Shown one piece after another: positions 10,007 through 21,941 of a stretch of DNA of 64,000 bases; the stretch's first letter is position 1, and each line of letters starts with the position of its first letter. Location: the IMG/VR virus record IMGVR_UViG_3300031088_000782, positions 107,383 to 171,382 of that record; one strand, written 5' to 3'. The stretch is from a virus. Both the position numbers and the translations under genes were made by a program. A model generated the notes under the pieces. The model saw only the letters and a program-made list of their open reading frames with translations, was not told the origin of the DNA and did no database searches.

Positions 10007-12739
10007 ATGACAGAAGTTGACATTTGGGAAGATGAGCCTTTAGCTTTACCAGATCCTACAGAATTGGTGGAAGCATCTATAGAATCTACCACTGAAAAAA
10101 TAGATGCTTCCATCATTATGCCTGAAGTAGAGGGAAAGCAAATAGTCCTTACCATTGATGATGGCAACATTCATTTGTTTTCAAAACAAGATCTCATGAC
10201 AGGATATTTTTTGAATCTTATTAATTTTCGAAAAGTTCAGAAAATAAACCAAACGAGTCAGTACCTTCTTCGCCTTACGCCCCTGAACGCCTTTGTTTTA
10301 AGAAGAGCGCTCATGGGGTATAAGAACATTATAAACCCCTCAGATGTCCAAATAATGGCTTCTGAGGCGGATAAAGTACCTCTCCCCGAAGCTCATTTGA
10401 CAGAAGATGGAAAACATGTTGAAATTGTTGCGCCAAAAATCAAATTCTATACAGAACTTTTGTCAAAAGTAAATTCTTATCCAACTAAAACTGGTTATAG
10501 AGTTGAAATTGCAAGAGTAATGGATCTCGAAACATTATCTGAAACAACAGAGTCACGTTTCCCTAAAATAAAATTTGACAGAAAAGTTTTACAATTGAAT
10601 CGTGAGCCAATAGTAGGATTTGATGGAACATTACAGTCATTGAAAGATATCCCTATTGGGTCTCTCAATGTTGTTTCAGCAAACAATCAATCATGGAAAG
10701 CATTAAAAGGATCAAAACAAACACTTGAAGAAAAAATGCAATCATTAGGTATTAACAGTTTGTATGATATGCTTTTCTGGCTTCCTAAAAGATATATAGA
10801 TAAATCAAAACCTCAAGATATAAGCGATCTTGTAGAAGGCGAAACAGCTGTTGTTGTTGGAAAAATTGATGAAACACACGAAATAACCGCTGGACGAGGC
10901 GGCGCAGTATTCACAGTTAAAACGAACACTGGTAACACAATACGAACAACATTCTTCAATCAAAAATGGCTGTTGTCTAAATTTTCGGTGGGAAACGAAG
11001 TTCTTGTCACAGGAAAATTCTCTTGGTGGAACAAAAAACCTCAAATTTCTGGATCTTCGATTGAACACGCTGAAGAAGCAGCAATGCTCCCTATCGTTCC
11101 TATTTACAAACAATCTCCTTCAAAAGGAATTACTACATATTTTCTTATGGCATCAAATAGAGAACTCTTATCACGATTAGGAGATATAAAACTTCCGCCA
11201 TATTTCCGACAAGAAGGAAGAATGAACTATTGTGAAGCTCTTTCTGAACTTCATTTCCCAAGCTCACTAGCAGAACACAAAAAAGCAGTTGAAACTCTTG
11301 CTTATTATGAGTTAATTCATATGCAAATTATTGTTCAAGAGGCGAAAGAAAAATCTGAACTAAGAGCTGGATTAGTCATACCTGAAGGCAAAAGAAAACT
11401 ACAAGCAAAGGGCATTAAAATGATGCCTTTTGAGCTTACTGTGTCTCAAAAACGTGCTGTTGTCGAAATGAATTCAAAATTAGAGAACCATTTGCCATCC
11501 TCAACTCTTCTTAGCGCAGATGTTGGGGCAGGTAAGTCAGCAATCGCTCAACTTGCTGCTTTAAGAGCCGTTGATGGGGGCTATCAGGCTGTTGTAATAG
11601 GTCCAACGGATATTCTTGCACGACAACTTTTTGAAGGCTTTAAAAAGCTTTTAGACAAGATTGAAGAAAAATTTGGAGATCACATTCCTATCATATTCAT
11701 CAATGGCTCTATGAAAGCTAAAGAGAAAAAGGAAGCTTTTAAAAAGATTTCAGATGGAGAAATTTCTATTGTTGTAGGAACGCATTCTGTTATGAATTCT
11801 GTCACCTATAATAATTTAGGTTTTGTTGCTATTGATGAACAACAAAAATTTGGAGCTGAACAGAGAAGTAAACTTCTTACTTCACGCGAAGATGGAGCTA
11901 TTCCAGATATCATGATGCAAACAGCAACTCCTATTCCAAGGAGCACAGCACAGGTTTTCTACGGAGACATAGATATGATAGAACTGGCAGAAAAACCGCC
12001 AGGAAGAATCCCTATTGTTACAGAATGGATTCGAGAAGACCCTAATGAAATGATAGAACAGATAACAAATAAAGTATGGGCTGACATTATCGAAGAAGCT
12101 GGAAAAGGAAATCAAACCTTCATTATTACTCCATTAGTTTCAGAATCAACAAAAATTGATTCCGCCTCTGTTGAAAGAACATACAAAAGTCTTCAGCAAA
12201 TGGCTTTGAGTGGATTAAGAATAGGTTTTGTTCATGGGCAGATGAAACAAGACCTTCAACAGCAAGAAATGGATAAATTCAGAAATAAAGAATATGACGT
12301 TCTCGTTTCCTCAATGGTTGTCGAAGTTGGTGTGGATATTCCAGATGCCACAAGAGTTGCTATATTATCTGCAGACAGACTGGGAAGCGCCTCTTTGCAT
12401 CAAATCAGAGGTCGTGTAGGAAGAAATTCAAAACCATCCAAGTGCTATCTTGTGTCTTTGGGGAAAACAGAGAACAGTCAGATAAGACTTCAATCTCTTG
12501 TCGACAGCGAAAACGGTTTCGATATTGCGAAAGCTGACCTTGAACTTCGTGGAGAAGGTAATATGTTCAGCACAGAACAATCAGGTAGGTCAGAAATGAT
12601 TTTCGCAAACTTAGCTAAACATCGAGACAAGATTAACGAAGCCAAAGAAGAGGCGAAGCGGATATTAAAATCACCATTCAAAGATGCAGCGATAAAAGAC
12701 AGTAAAGAGAAATTCCAGTCAGAAGAGAGGATTATATAA
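10007..12739 (+). CDS. recG: RecG helicase with N-terminal extension
   Basis: Wedge/OB region, ADVGAGKS, DEQQKFG, QTATPIPRS, EVGVDIP, HQIRGRVGR, DLELRGEG. Confidence 0.92.
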   Translation: MTEVDIWEDEPLALPDPTELVEASIESTTEKIDASIIMPEVEGKQIVLTIDDGNIHLFSKQDLMTGYFLNLINFRKVQKINQTSQYLLRLTPLNAFVLRRALMGYKNIINPSDVQIMASEADKVPLPEAHLTEDGKHVEIVAPKIKFYTELLSKVNSYPTKTGYRVEIARVMDLETLSETTESRFPKIKFDRKVLQLNREPIVGFDGTLQSLKDIPIGSLNVVSANNQSWKALKGSKQTLEEKMQSLGINSLYDMLFWLPKRYIDKSKPQDISDLVEGETAVVVGKIDETHEITAGRGGAVFTVKTNTGNTIRTTFFNQKWLLSKFSVGNEVLVTGKFSWWNKKPQISGSSIEHAEEAAMLPIVPIYKQSPSKGITTYFLMASNRELLSRLGDIKLPPYFRQEGRMNYCEALSELHFPSSLAEHKKAVETLAYYELIHMQIIVQEAKEKSELRAGLVIPEGKRKLQAKGIKMMPFELTVSQKRAVVEMNSKLENHLPSSTLLSADVGAGKSAIAQLAALRAVDGGYQAVVIGPTDILARQLFEGFKKLLDKIEEKFGDHIPIIFINGSMKAKEKKEAFKKISDGEISIVVGTHSVMNSVTYNNLGFVAIDEQQKFGAEQRSKLLTSREDGAIPDIMMQTATPIPRSTAQVFYGDIDMIELAEKPPGRIPIVTEWIREDPNEMIEQITNKVWADIIEEAGKGNQTFIITPLVSESTKIDSASVERTYKSLQQMALSGLRIGFVHGQMKQDLQQQEMDKFRNKEYDVLVSSMVVEVGVDIPDATRVAILSADRLGSASLHQIRGRVGRNSKPSKCYLVSLGKTENSQIRLQSLVDSENGFDIAKADLELRGEGNMFSTEQSGRSEMIFANLAKHRDKINEAKEEAKRILKSPFKDAAIKDSKEKFQSEERII

Positions 12740-13359
12740 TGTATTTCAGAAAAGCTTTGGTTCGTATCCGAAAAGAATACAATCTAAACCCAAAAAGGCT
12801 TTTCCTATATTCAGGAATCGCTGCTCTAATCTGTTCTCTTCTTGGAATTCTTTCAGATGTTTTACTACCGTTTGAATTGTGGGGAAATATTATTAGAAGC
12901 CTTGTTCTTATTCCAACATCAATCTCAATGTTCGTTTTCGGCTACGGAGTAAGCCTGTTTCTTCATTATGCAAGAATAGCGGACAATCCAGAATGGCAAC
13001 CCTTTAGATTACGCTTCTCTCCTACATGGAGAAGAAGAATATCTGCAATAGTAGCTGCAATGATGTTTGTAGGGATATATGCTAATGGATTCAGAATAGG
13101 ATATACTGTAATAGCTTCTTTGTTTGTCGCTCTTGCAATTGGATTGTTTGCATTCATGAGAACTACAAAAGAAGAATCAAAGAGAGAAGAGTTGAATCTT
13201 CCTGACATCAGAGATACGCGATATGAGGAACAAATGAAAAAACTTGAAAAAGCTCGTGCCGAAAGTATCAGACAGAAAGAGATAAGACGAAAAGAACGAC
13301 GAGAAAAACTTATTCACGGATCCAAAAAAGACAAGAAAACAGAAGAAGAAGCAGAATAA
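12739..13359 (+). CDS. Hypothetical membrane protein
   Basis: Four hydrophobic segments; start overlaps the recG stop. Confidence 0.7.
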   Translation: MYFRKALVRIRKEYNLNPKRLFLYSGIAALICSLLGILSDVLLPFELWGNIIRSLVLIPTSISMFVFGYGVSLFLHYARIADNPEWQPFRLRFSPTWRRRISAIVAAMMFVGIYANGFRIGYTVIASLFVALAIGLFAFMRTTKEESKREELNLPDIRDTRYEEQMKKLEKARAESIRQKEIRRKERREKLIHGSKKDKKTEEEAE

Positions 13360-13721
13360 TTAATATGTGACAAAATTCACAATTAAACATTTTTCAACAG
13401 AATAGCTACAAACTCCCTAAAACTTGCCGAAACAGACGAATTTCAAATTTTTTGAAGTTTTTCTAATCAGTACTTCAATAAAAATACTTGTTAGAAAAAC
13501 TTCAACATTACAAAATAAACACATCATTATAAAATAATTTTTCAATGCCTAAATGTGAGATCATCATCTTTTATTAATGAATTTCTCTGATGGTTTTATT
13601 GATGAAAAATAGAATTGAAATAATGGTAGAATGTTTATTGAAAACAAAATTGAGAAAAATTTTGTTCATAGAAAATTGATAAAATCATTAGACAAGAAAT
13701 ACACGATAATAGGAGAAATAC

Positions 13722-15899
13722 ATGTCATCACCAAACGATGCTTTAGAATACACAGGCAATACAGAAACAACAGAATTAGATTATCACGCACTCAATGCAC
13801 AGGTCAATCTCGTAGGTGCGGATGGCAAACTGCAATTAGAATCAGATAAAGAAGCAACACGACAGTTTTTTCTTCAGCATGTCAACCAAAACACCGTGTA
13901 TTTTCATGACCTTGAAGAAAAATTAGAATATCTCGTAGACAATGGATACTATGAGGAAGACGTTGTTGAACAATACGCTTTCGAATTTGTCAAATCATTG
14001 TTCAAAAGAGCATACTCCTATAAATTCCGATTCCAAAGCTTCTTGGGTGCTTTTAAATACTACTCATCTTACACACTGAAAACTTTCGATGGGAAACGCT
14101 ATCTTGAAAGATTCGAAGATCGTGTGACAATGACAGCACTCTACCTTGCAAGAGGAAACGAAAAAGATGCTGAAAAAATTCTTGACGAAATCATTTCAGG
14201 TCGATTCCAACCCGCAACTCCAACATTCCTCAATGCTGGAAAAGCACAACGTGGAGAATTGGTCAGCTGCTTCCTGCTTAATGTAGAAGATAATATGGAA
14301 TCAATCGCAAGAAGCATCACAAACTCACTGCAACTCTCAAAACGTGGTGGCGGCGTGGCTCTCAACTTGACAAACATTCGTGAACAAGGAGCACCAATCA
14401 AGAAGATTCAAAATCAATCATCAGGCATCGTTCCTGTTATGAAAATGCTTGAAGATGCGTTTAGTTATGCAAACCAGCTGGGCGCGCGACAGGGAGCCGG
14501 TGCTGTATATTTGAATGCTCATCACCCTGATATTATGCAATTTCTTGACACAAAACGAGAAAATGCGGATGAGAAGATTCGTATTAAAACTCTCTCTCTT
14601 GGAGTCGTTGTTCCAGACATAACTTTCCAACTAGCCAAAAAGGGTGAAGATATGTATCTCTTCTCCCCATATGATGTTGAGCGAGTTTACGGAAAACCTT
14701 ACTCTGACATCAGTATCACAGATAAATACTACGAGATGCTTGATGACAAGAGAATTCGTAAGACAAAGATAAAAGCAAGAAGCTTCTTCCAAACTCTTGC
14801 AGAAGTTCAGTTCGAATCAGGATACCCATATATCATGTTCGAAGATACTGTTAACAGGGCAAATCCGATTGATGGAAAAGTTAAAATGTCGAATCTTTGT
14901 TCAGAAATTCTCCAAGTTTCAGAACCAGCAACATTCAAAGAAGATGGAACCTATGAAAATGTTGGTCGAGACATCTCTTGTAACCTTGGATCTTTGAACA
15001 TTGCTAATGCTTTCGATTCACCAGATTTCGGTCTGACAATCGAAACAGCAATCCGTTCATTGACAGCAGTTTCAGACTTGTCAAACATTTCATCAGTTCC
15101 CTCAATTGAAAACGGTAACAATCTTTCACATGCAATTGGTCTTGGACAGATGAACTTGCATGGATTCTTGGCACGAGAGCACATCCACTATGATTCTCCA
15201 GAAGCAGTAGATTTCACAAATCTCTATTTCTACGCTGTTGCATATGCAGGGATCAAAGCCTCTAACAAGATCGCTAAAGAACGTGGAGAAAAATTCTACG
15301 GATTTGAAAAATCAGCATATGCAAATGGCGAATTCTTTGAAAAATACATTGAAAAAGATTGGACTGTTGCTAAAACTGAAAAGGTAGCAAACTTAATTCA
15401 CCGTTCCTCAATTTATTTGCCAACACAAGAAGATTGGGTAAAACTTGCGGAAGATGTTAAAGAATATGGATTGTATAATGCGTATCTTTTCGCTGTGCCT
15501 CCGACTGGCAGCATTTCGTATATAAATAATTCAACAAGTTCCATTCATCCAATTGCGGCACCTATTGAAGCACGTAAAGAAGGAAAAATTGGTCGAGTTT
15601 ATTACCCTGCACCATATTTGAGTGATGATACTCTTCCTTACTACCGTGATGCTTATAAGGTTGGTCCAGAGGCAATTATTGATGTATATGCAGCGGCAAC
15701 TCAGCATACCGATCAAGGGCTTTCTCTTACCTTGTTCTATCCTGACACTGCAACAACGAAAGATTTGAATAAGTCCTATATTTATGCATGGACAAGAGGA
15801 GTTAAAACTCTTTACTACCTCCGACTTAAAAACTCTTCTCTTTCTGAGACTACTGTGGAAGGTTTAGCCAACGATTTTTGTGAATCTTGCCAGCTTTGA
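13722..15899 (+). CDS. nrdE: Class Ib ribonucleotide reductase alpha subunit
   Basis: [40 protein letters not shown]-terminal CESCQL; N-terminus [11 protein letters not shown] is actinobacterial-like. Confidence 0.97.
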   Translation: MSSPNDALEYTGNTETTELDYHALNAQVNLVGADGKLQLESDKEATRQFFLQHVNQNTVYFHDLEEKLEYLVDNGYYEEDVVEQYAFEFVKSLFKRAYSYKFRFQSFLGAFKYYSSYTLKTFDGKRYLERFEDRVTMTALYLARGNEKDAEKILDEIISGRFQPATPTFLNAGKAQRGELVSCFLLNVEDNMESIARSITNSLQLSKRGGGVALNLTNIREQGAPIKKIQNQSSGIVPVMKMLEDAFSYANQLGARQGAGAVYLNAHHPDIMQFLDTKRENADEKIRIKTLSLGVVVPDITFQLAKKGEDMYLFSPYDVERVYGKPYSDISITDKYYEMLDDKRIRKTKIKARSFFQTLAEVQFESGYPYIMFEDTVNRANPIDGKVKMSNLCSEILQVSEPATFKEDGTYENVGRDISCNLGSLNIANAFDSPDFGLTIETAIRSLTAVSDLSNISSVPSIENGNNLSHAIGLGQMNLHGFLAREHIHYDSPEAVDFTNLYFYAVAYAGIKASNKIAKERGEKFYGFEKSAYANGEFFEKYIEKDWTVAKTEKVANLIHRSSIYLPTQEDWVKLAEDVKEYGLYNAYLFAVPPTGSISYINNSTSSIHPIAAPIEARKEGKIGRVYYPAPYLSDDTLPYYRDAYKVGPEAIIDVYAAATQHTDQGLSLTLFYPDTATTKDLNKSYIYAWTRGVKTLYYLRLKNSSLSETTVEGLANDFCESCQL

Positions 15900-15930
15900 C
15901 AAAAATAGAGAAAAATTATAATTAAATACT

Positions 15931-15989
15931 AAAACAAAATAAACACTACTGAAATGTTATTTAATTCAGTAGTGTTTATTTTGTTTTTT
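15931..15989 (+). terminator. Long inverted repeat, probable terminator
   Basis: AAAACAAAATAAACACTACTGAA...TTCAGTAGTGTTTATTTTGTTTT. Confidence 0.7.
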
Positions 15990-16033
15990 GATATAATAAG
16001 ATTAAGGAATATTTTTTAAAGGATGGATAAAAC

Positions 16034-17740
16034 ATGACTGAAAAGAAAATGTTGAATAATTATCCAGAATTAATTTCAGAATGGGATTGGGTTAAAAATC
16101 AAAAATTAAATGTTGATGAACTTTCTTGCGGAAGCAACAAAATAGCTTGGTGGATATGCCAAAAAGGACATTCTTATGATTCAAAAATTTCGACAAGATT
16201 TAAAACTAAAGGATGTCCATATTGCTCTAACCAAAGAATATTAGCTGGATATAATGATTTTGAAAGCCAGCAATCGGATCTTATGAAATTTTGGAATTTT
16301 TCAAAAAATACAGTAAGTCCTAAAGAAATTAGTCCAAGAAGTGGCAAAAAAGTTTGGTGGATTTGCGAAAGAGGACACGAATATCAAAGTTCACCTCATT
16401 TAGTATCCACAGGAAGAAAATGTTTGTACTGTTCAAATAAAAAAGTATTAACTGGATTCAATGATATATTAACAGTCAATCCTCTTTTACTAAATAGGTG
16501 GTCTGATCGTAATTCTCTACCAATAACTGAATATCTTGCTGGAAGCAACAAAAAAGTTTGGTGGATTTGCAAAAAAGAGCATGAATTTGAAGCACCAATT
16601 AGAAATATGGTAAAAAATCCTGACATTTGCGCTATTTGTTCAGGGAAAAAAGCCCTTTCTGGTTTTAACGATCTTTCTACTATAAGACCAGAGCTTTTGG
16701 AGTTCTGGGATTTTAAAAAGAACAAATATTTACCTTCAGAAGTAACAATTGGTAAATCCTCTGACAAGACTTACTTTATTTGCAAGAATAAACATTCTTT
16801 TTCTATGACTCTTGCTGATATCAATCAAGGTAAATGGTGCTTACAATGCTCTATTGATTCTTATGTTTCAAAACCAGAAAAAGAAATTTATGAATTTTTA
16901 AAAAGTTTATTTAATGTAAACATAGAGCAATCAAGCAGATCAATCATCTCTCCTTACGAACTTGACATATATTTACCTGATTTTCAAATAGCTATTGAAT
17001 TCAATGGGTTATTTTGGCATAATGAAAAATATATGAAAATGACAAATAAAAAAAATATACAATATTACCATTTCAATAAATGGAATATGTGTAGAAAACA
17101 GGGGATTCAGCTTATCACTGTTTGGGAGGATGATTGGCGAGATAATAGAGATGTTGTCAAAAGCATGATTGCTCATAAACTGAATTTTTCAAGTAATGCA
17201 AAAATTTATGCAAGGAAAACTGTTGTTGAAAAAATTTCGGCAAGTGCTGCAAAAACTTTCCTCAATTCATATCATATTCAAGGATTCAAAAATGGGTGTG
17301 CGAACATTGCTTTGAAGTCTCTTGATGGAGAAATTGTCGCTGTGTCTCAATTATCTTTCAATAAGGGAGAATGTTCTATTGAAAGATATGCCACTTCGTG
17401 TAATGTTCCTGGTGGATTCACTAAAATTGTAAAATATATTGAGAAAACATATTCTGAAATTGGTTCTATTTCAACGTTTTCTGATAATGAAGTTAGTGAT
17501 GGTGGTTTGTATTCGAATAATGGCTTTGAAGTTGATTATTTTGTCCGACCTGATTATAAATACATTTATGAGAACAAACGTTTTCATAAATTCAATTTCA
17601 GAAAAATTCGTTTTGAAAAGGATCCTGAATTGTTATTTGAAAAAGATTTGACGGAAAATCAATTGGCTGATTTGAACAATATCCCCCGCATATGGGATTC
17701 AGGAAAAACGAAGTATATAAAGAAACTCAATAGAGAATGA
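16034..17740 (+). CDS. Zinc-ribbon repeat + PD-(D/E)XK-type nuclease + GNAT-like domain (Hef-like homing endonuclease), copy 1
   Basis: Repeats EWD..KN...WWxCxxGH...CPYC; ELDIY..IAIEFNGLFWH; C-terminal ARK...HIQG...RYA...RIWDSG. Confidence 0.75.
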   Translation: MTEKKMLNNYPELISEWDWVKNQKLNVDELSCGSNKIAWWICQKGHSYDSKISTRFKTKGCPYCSNQRILAGYNDFESQQSDLMKFWNFSKNTVSPKEISPRSGKKVWWICERGHEYQSSPHLVSTGRKCLYCSNKKVLTGFNDILTVNPLLLNRWSDRNSLPITEYLAGSNKKVWWICKKEHEFEAPIRNMVKNPDICAICSGKKALSGFNDLSTIRPELLEFWDFKKNKYLPSEVTIGKSSDKTYFICKNKHSFSMTLADINQGKWCLQCSIDSYVSKPEKEIYEFLKSLFNVNIEQSSRSIISPYELDIYLPDFQIAIEFNGLFWHNEKYMKMTNKKNIQYYHFNKWNMCRKQGIQLITVWEDDWRDNRDVVKSMIAHKLNFSSNAKIYARKTVVEKISASAAKTFLNSYHIQGFKNGCANIALKSLDGEIVAVSQLSFNKGECSIERYATSCNVPGGFTKIVKYIEKTYSEIGSISTFSDNEVSDGGLYSNNGFEVDYFVRPDYKYIYENKRFHKFNFRKIRFEKDPELLFEKDLTENQLADLNNIPRIWDSGKTKYIKKLNRE

Positions 17741-17776
17741 ATTGTCTAATTTGTTAAAATAATTATAAATTAATTA

Positions 17777-19714
17777 TTGAATAAGAGGAGGGTTATTGTG
17801 GCTGAGAAAAAATCATTGAGCGATCATCCTTCTCTTTTGTTTGAATGGGATTATGAGAAAAATAAAAATCTTAGTCCTTCGCTTGACAAGTTTTCTGGCC
17901 GGACAAAACTTTGGTGGAAATGCAAAAAGGGACATTCTTGGGATGCTATTCTGACAAACAGGATTAATGGCTCTGGTTGTCCTTTCTGTGCTGGAAAGAG
18001 AATTCTTAAAGGTTTTAATGATGTTTTGACTCTTAATCCAGATTTGGTCAATAATGAGTGGGATTTTGACAAAAACACCCTGTGCCCTTCTGAAATTGGA
18101 TTGAACAGTTCCAAAAAAGTTTGGTGGAAATGCTTGAATTCAGATCATTCTTATGAGTCTACTACTGCTTCTCGAAAACGTGGTCGCGGTTGCCCTTATT
18201 GTACTAATAAAAAAGTCCTTATTGGATTCAATGATTTCGCTTCTCAATCTTCTGAGTTGCTGTCAGAATGGGATTTTAGCAAAAACAAAATAGATCCTAC
18301 TGAAATAACTTCTGGCTCAGATAAAGCTGTTTGGTGGGTGTGCGCTAATAGTCATTCCTATAATATGTCCGCCTATAAACGCTCTATTGGCAGAGGATGC
18401 CCTGTCTGTGCTGGAAAGACAGTTATTTTTGAAACTTCTGTAAAAGGTGACTCTCATATGTCTGAATTGTGGGATTATGAGAAGAACAGTGTTGATCCTG
18501 AATTAATATCCACAGGAAGCAATAAATTATGTTGGTGGATCGGTAAAGACTGCGGACACAGGTTTGAAAAAAGCCCTAAATTTATCAAAAACGGGTCTGA
18601 ATGCCCATATTGTGCCTCTGCGAATCCACAAGTTTTAAAAGGATTTAACGATCTTCAAACTAAAGCTCCGCACTTAGTTAGGGAATGGAGTAAAAAGAAC
18701 TTGTTATCCCCTTCGGATTTCATTGCCGGATCAAAGAAAAAAGTATGGTGGGTATGTAATAAAGGACATGAATGGGAAACAGCTATCGAATATCGCTATA
18801 AAAGCCTTTCATCTTGCCCTAAATGCTCAATGAAAGGAACCTCAAAAACAGAAAAAGAAGTACAGAATTTTGTTGAGCATATTATTTCCGATAATTCTCA
18901 AATAGTTTTTAATTCTTATCAAATAATTCCTCCACAAGAGCTTGATATTTATATTCCGTCTAAAAATATTGCGATTGAATTCAACGGGTTATATTGGCAT
19001 AGCGAAATGGCAGGTAAAGATAAAAATTACCACTATGATAAATGGAAAAAGTGTCAAGATCAGGGAATACAGCTTATAACCATATGGGAAGATGACTGGA
19101 AAAACAATCGCTTAATAGTAGAATCAATGCTTAAACACAAGCTGATTTTAAGTGATACTGATAAAATTTATGCAAGAAAATCATTTTTTAAAGAAATATC
19201 TTATGTTGATGCTGAATCTTTTCTTAACAAACATCATATTCAAAAATATAAAGGTATGACTAAAAACTTTGGATTATTTGATACCCATAAAAAAGAGTTA
19301 ATTGCAGTTATGTCATTTTCCAGCAAAAACAACATTTTAAGCTTAGAGCGTTATGCTACATCTGTGAATGTTGTTGGTGGATTTTCAAAAATGTTAAAGA
19401 ATTCAATTAAATATTTTAAAAATAACAATCCAAATATTGATACTGTTGTAACTTTTTCTGATCATGAAGTTAGTGATGGTGAATTGTATAAGAAAAATGG
19501 GTTTGAAGTTGACTACTTGATTGATCCTGATTATAAATATATTTACAAAAATCAGCGATTTCATAAATTCAGTTTTAGGAAAATTCGATTTGAAAAAGAT
19601 TCTGAATTAATATTTAAAAAAGAAATGACGGAAAAAGAATTAGCAGACCTTAATGGAATTTTTCGTATTTGGGATTCAGGAAAAACAAAGTATATAAAAA
19701 TGTTAGATGCATAA
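17777..19714 (+). CDS. Zinc-ribbon repeat nuclease, copy 2
   Basis: Same architecture as 16034..17740 with more repeats. Confidence 0.75.
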   Translation: MNKRRVIVAEKKSLSDHPSLLFEWDYEKNKNLSPSLDKFSGRTKLWWKCKKGHSWDAILTNRINGSGCPFCAGKRILKGFNDVLTLNPDLVNNEWDFDKNTLCPSEIGLNSSKKVWWKCLNSDHSYESTTASRKRGRGCPYCTNKKVLIGFNDFASQSSELLSEWDFSKNKIDPTEITSGSDKAVWWVCANSHSYNMSAYKRSIGRGCPVCAGKTVIFETSVKGDSHMSELWDYEKNSVDPELISTGSNKLCWWIGKDCGHRFEKSPKFIKNGSECPYCASANPQVLKGFNDLQTKAPHLVREWSKKNLLSPSDFIAGSKKKVWWVCNKGHEWETAIEYRYKSLSSCPKCSMKGTSKTEKEVQNFVEHIISDNSQIVFNSYQIIPPQELDIYIPSKNIAIEFNGLYWHSEMAGKDKNYHYDKWKKCQDQGIQLITIWEDDWKNNRLIVESMLKHKLILSDTDKIYARKSFFKEISYVDAESFLNKHHIQKYKGMTKNFGLFDTHKKELIAVMSFSSKNNILSLERYATSVNVVGGFSKMLKNSIKYFKNNNPNIDTVVTFSDHEVSDGELYKKNGFEVDYLIDPDYKYIYKNQRFHKFSFRKIRFEKDSELIFKKEMTEKELADLNGIFRIWDSGKTKYIKMLDA

Positions 19715-19955
19715 ATTGATTGAACTCATTCTTAATCAATTTTGATAAGATATGAAATGTAGGTAATGTGTACAGGATGCTTTTTGCTGACATTAAAGTT
19801 GTTTTCAATGCGGTGATATTCAAAATGAGTTTTTTGAAAAATCTTTTTGAAAACGATTGAAATAGTGCTGAAAAAGTGGCTTGTAATCTAATGTTTTTAG
19901 GGTGCGTTACAGAATAGATTTTAAGAAATATTAAACAATGCAAAAAGGGAGTTTT

Positions 19956-20414
19956 ATGAGCGAGGATAACGAGTTTTCTGATATGAGGTCTGCTGATGAT
20001 GTACCCTCCTATAGCGTTCCTCAATTTAAAAACGCTCAGTCTGATCGATTTTATGATTATGAAACAAATATTTTCGATTATGAACATTTAGATGATTTAA
20101 ACATGGCTATAAAAAATGCACGTTTGGCTTTGTTTGAAATTACAGATAAAATTAATGAAGCTGAACGTAAAGAGAAACATTGTAAGGTCAAATACGAAAG
20201 AGAACACCGTAGAGCTTATTTGAAAGCAACACAAAAGACAGAAAAAGACAGAAAAGCTTATGCTGATCTGCAATGTGAGGATCTTGAGGATAATGCAATA
20301 GTCTATGAACAGGTTAGAATTGATTTGATACGCATTAGTAATTCTATTCGTTTAGAACTTCAAACATTACAGGCTCTTGGAAATAACATCAGACAACAAA
20401 TGAAGATGGAGTGA
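19956..20414 (+). CDS. Coiled-coil protein, weakly UvsY-like recombination mediator
   Basis: ORF 19938..20414, better RBS before ATG 19956; helical pattern resembles UvsY-like proteins (impression only). Confidence 0.45.
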   Translation: MSEDNEFSDMRSADDVPSYSVPQFKNAQSDRFYDYETNIFDYEHLDDLNMAIKNARLALFEITDKINEAERKEKHCKVKYEREHRRAYLKATQKTEKDRKAYADLQCEDLEDNAIVYEQVRIDLIRISNSIRLELQTLQALGNNIRQQMKME

Positions 20415-20418
20415 GACT

Positions 20419-20979
20419 GTGGCCGACCTTGCAACGAAAGATTTAACAAAAAGATTGACTAAACTTGGATCAATCTTCCTGATCGCTATAATTATTCTTT
20501 CTATCAGTGTTGTTGCTACTTTATTGATTCAGAGAGTTTCTATTTTTGCTATTGCGGGATCTTCTATGGAGCCTACTTTGACAGATAGACAAACTGTTAT
20601 TCTTAAACAATCGAAAACTGTTGAGCATGGAGAATTTGTTTTTTTCAAGAAACCTAAATCCTGGAGCGATTATGTTGATAGAGACACTACTTTGGTTAAG
20701 AGGATAACTGCTGTTCCTAACGACACTCTTTCTTTTGACGGGAAATCGTTCAAAGTTAATGGGGAAGATGTTTATGATCTTTCAAAAAACGAATACGAAT
20801 GTGCAAAAGGTCAAAAAGGCTATGAGCACACATTAAGCAATAAAGAAATTTTTGTTATGGGTGACAATCCTAATCATAGTTTGGATTCGAGAAGAATTTT
20901 CTGTGATGGAAATGTTAATGAAATGTTCATTCCCAAATATTCTATTGTTGATTATGGTCAAATTGTTGTTAAATTTTGA
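20419..20979 (+). CDS. lepB: Signal peptidase I
   Basis: TM anchor, GSSMEPTL, LVKRI, GDN..SLDSR. Confidence 0.9.
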   Translation: MADLATKDLTKRLTKLGSIFLIAIIILSISVVATLLIQRVSIFAIAGSSMEPTLTDRQTVILKQSKTVEHGEFVFFKKPKSWSDYVDRDTTLVKRITAVPNDTLSFDGKSFKVNGEDVYDLSKNEYECAKGQKGYEHTLSNKEIFVMGDNPNHSLDSRRIFCDGNVNEMFIPKYSIVDYGQIVVKF

Positions 20980-20988
20980 GAAAGGTGA

Positions 20989-21939
20989 ATGTATATGAAG
21001 ATTGCTTTAATTGTTGATAAATCTCAACCTTACCTTGATTTTCAAAGAGATCGTATTTTTACTCAATGGAATGTAGAAGATTTTGATCATGTGAAAAGTT
21101 TTTCTGAAGTTGGAGAAGCAACTATTTTTGGAGAGCCTCCTGCTTCTGCTATTTTTCTCAATGATATCAACAGTGTAAAAAAAATTTATGAGGATTTGGC
21201 ACAAGCAAAAAAGTCAAACATTTTAGAATCTCGTTTGTCTCAGGGGTTAATCATAACAACGACAGTAGCAAGAGTATCTACTAAAAAACTTGAATCTTTC
21301 ATTAAGGATAATAATGGAATTGTCGTTTTTGCAAAAGAGAACTCAAAAGACAAAACTAATGTCACTGATAAATTATTGAATGAAACTTCTTTGAACAGAG
21401 AGGTAAAGAAGTTTCTTTCAGAATATATTGGAGATGATTATGAAACTCTTGTGTCATTGTTGAGAAATATTTCGGTTCTTTCCCCAAAACAGCAGAATAA
21501 GCTTGAAGTTGAGGATATGTTTATTCGCCTTCCACAGTCTCCTGGCTCTGTTGCTCCTTGGGAAATTGAGAAACCTTTAATGTCAGGTGATGCGAATTCA
21601 ACCATTGAGCTTTACAGAAGAATTTCTCAACATAGTCATTACTTGGTTGTTTTATCTATCTTGAAAAATAAGATTCAACTGTCATGGAGAATTGCTTCTT
21701 TGTTAAGTATTGATTCAAGAATGAATTTAGCTGATTCCGCTTCTGCTTTGGGTGTTGCTAACAATTATCCTTTTAAATTAGCAACAGAAAATGCGAAAAA
21801 ACTAGGTTTAAATAAACTTGAATATTGTTTAAGTGTTATAGCTGACACAGAAGCAGATGTAAAAGGTGGGTCAAGTGCTGATGGAAATGTTATAATGGAA
21901 ATAACGTTAATGAAGATTTTAAATAAACTTAGGGGTTAA
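20989..21939 (+). CDS. holA: DNA polymerase III delta subunit-like (clamp loader)
   Basis: ATIFGE N-motif; C-terminal ADTEADVKGGS typical of HolA. Confidence 0.7.
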   Translation: MYMKIALIVDKSQPYLDFQRDRIFTQWNVEDFDHVKSFSEVGEATIFGEPPASAIFLNDINSVKKIYEDLAQAKKSNILESRLSQGLIITTTVARVSTKKLESFIKDNNGIVVFAKENSKDKTNVTDKLLNETSLNREVKKFLSEYIGDDYETLVSLLRNISVLSPKQQNKLEVEDMFIRLPQSPGSVAPWEIEKPLMSGDANSTIELYRRISQHSHYLVVLSILKNKIQLSWRIASLLSIDSRMNLADSASALGVANNYPFKLATENAKKLGLNKLEYCLSVIADTEADVKGGSSADGNVIMEITLMKILNKLRG

Positions 21940-21941
21940 TT

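Noticed and set aside
13722..15899. Intein or intron in nrdE
   Set aside because: The ORF is contiguous and normal length with no splicing motifs
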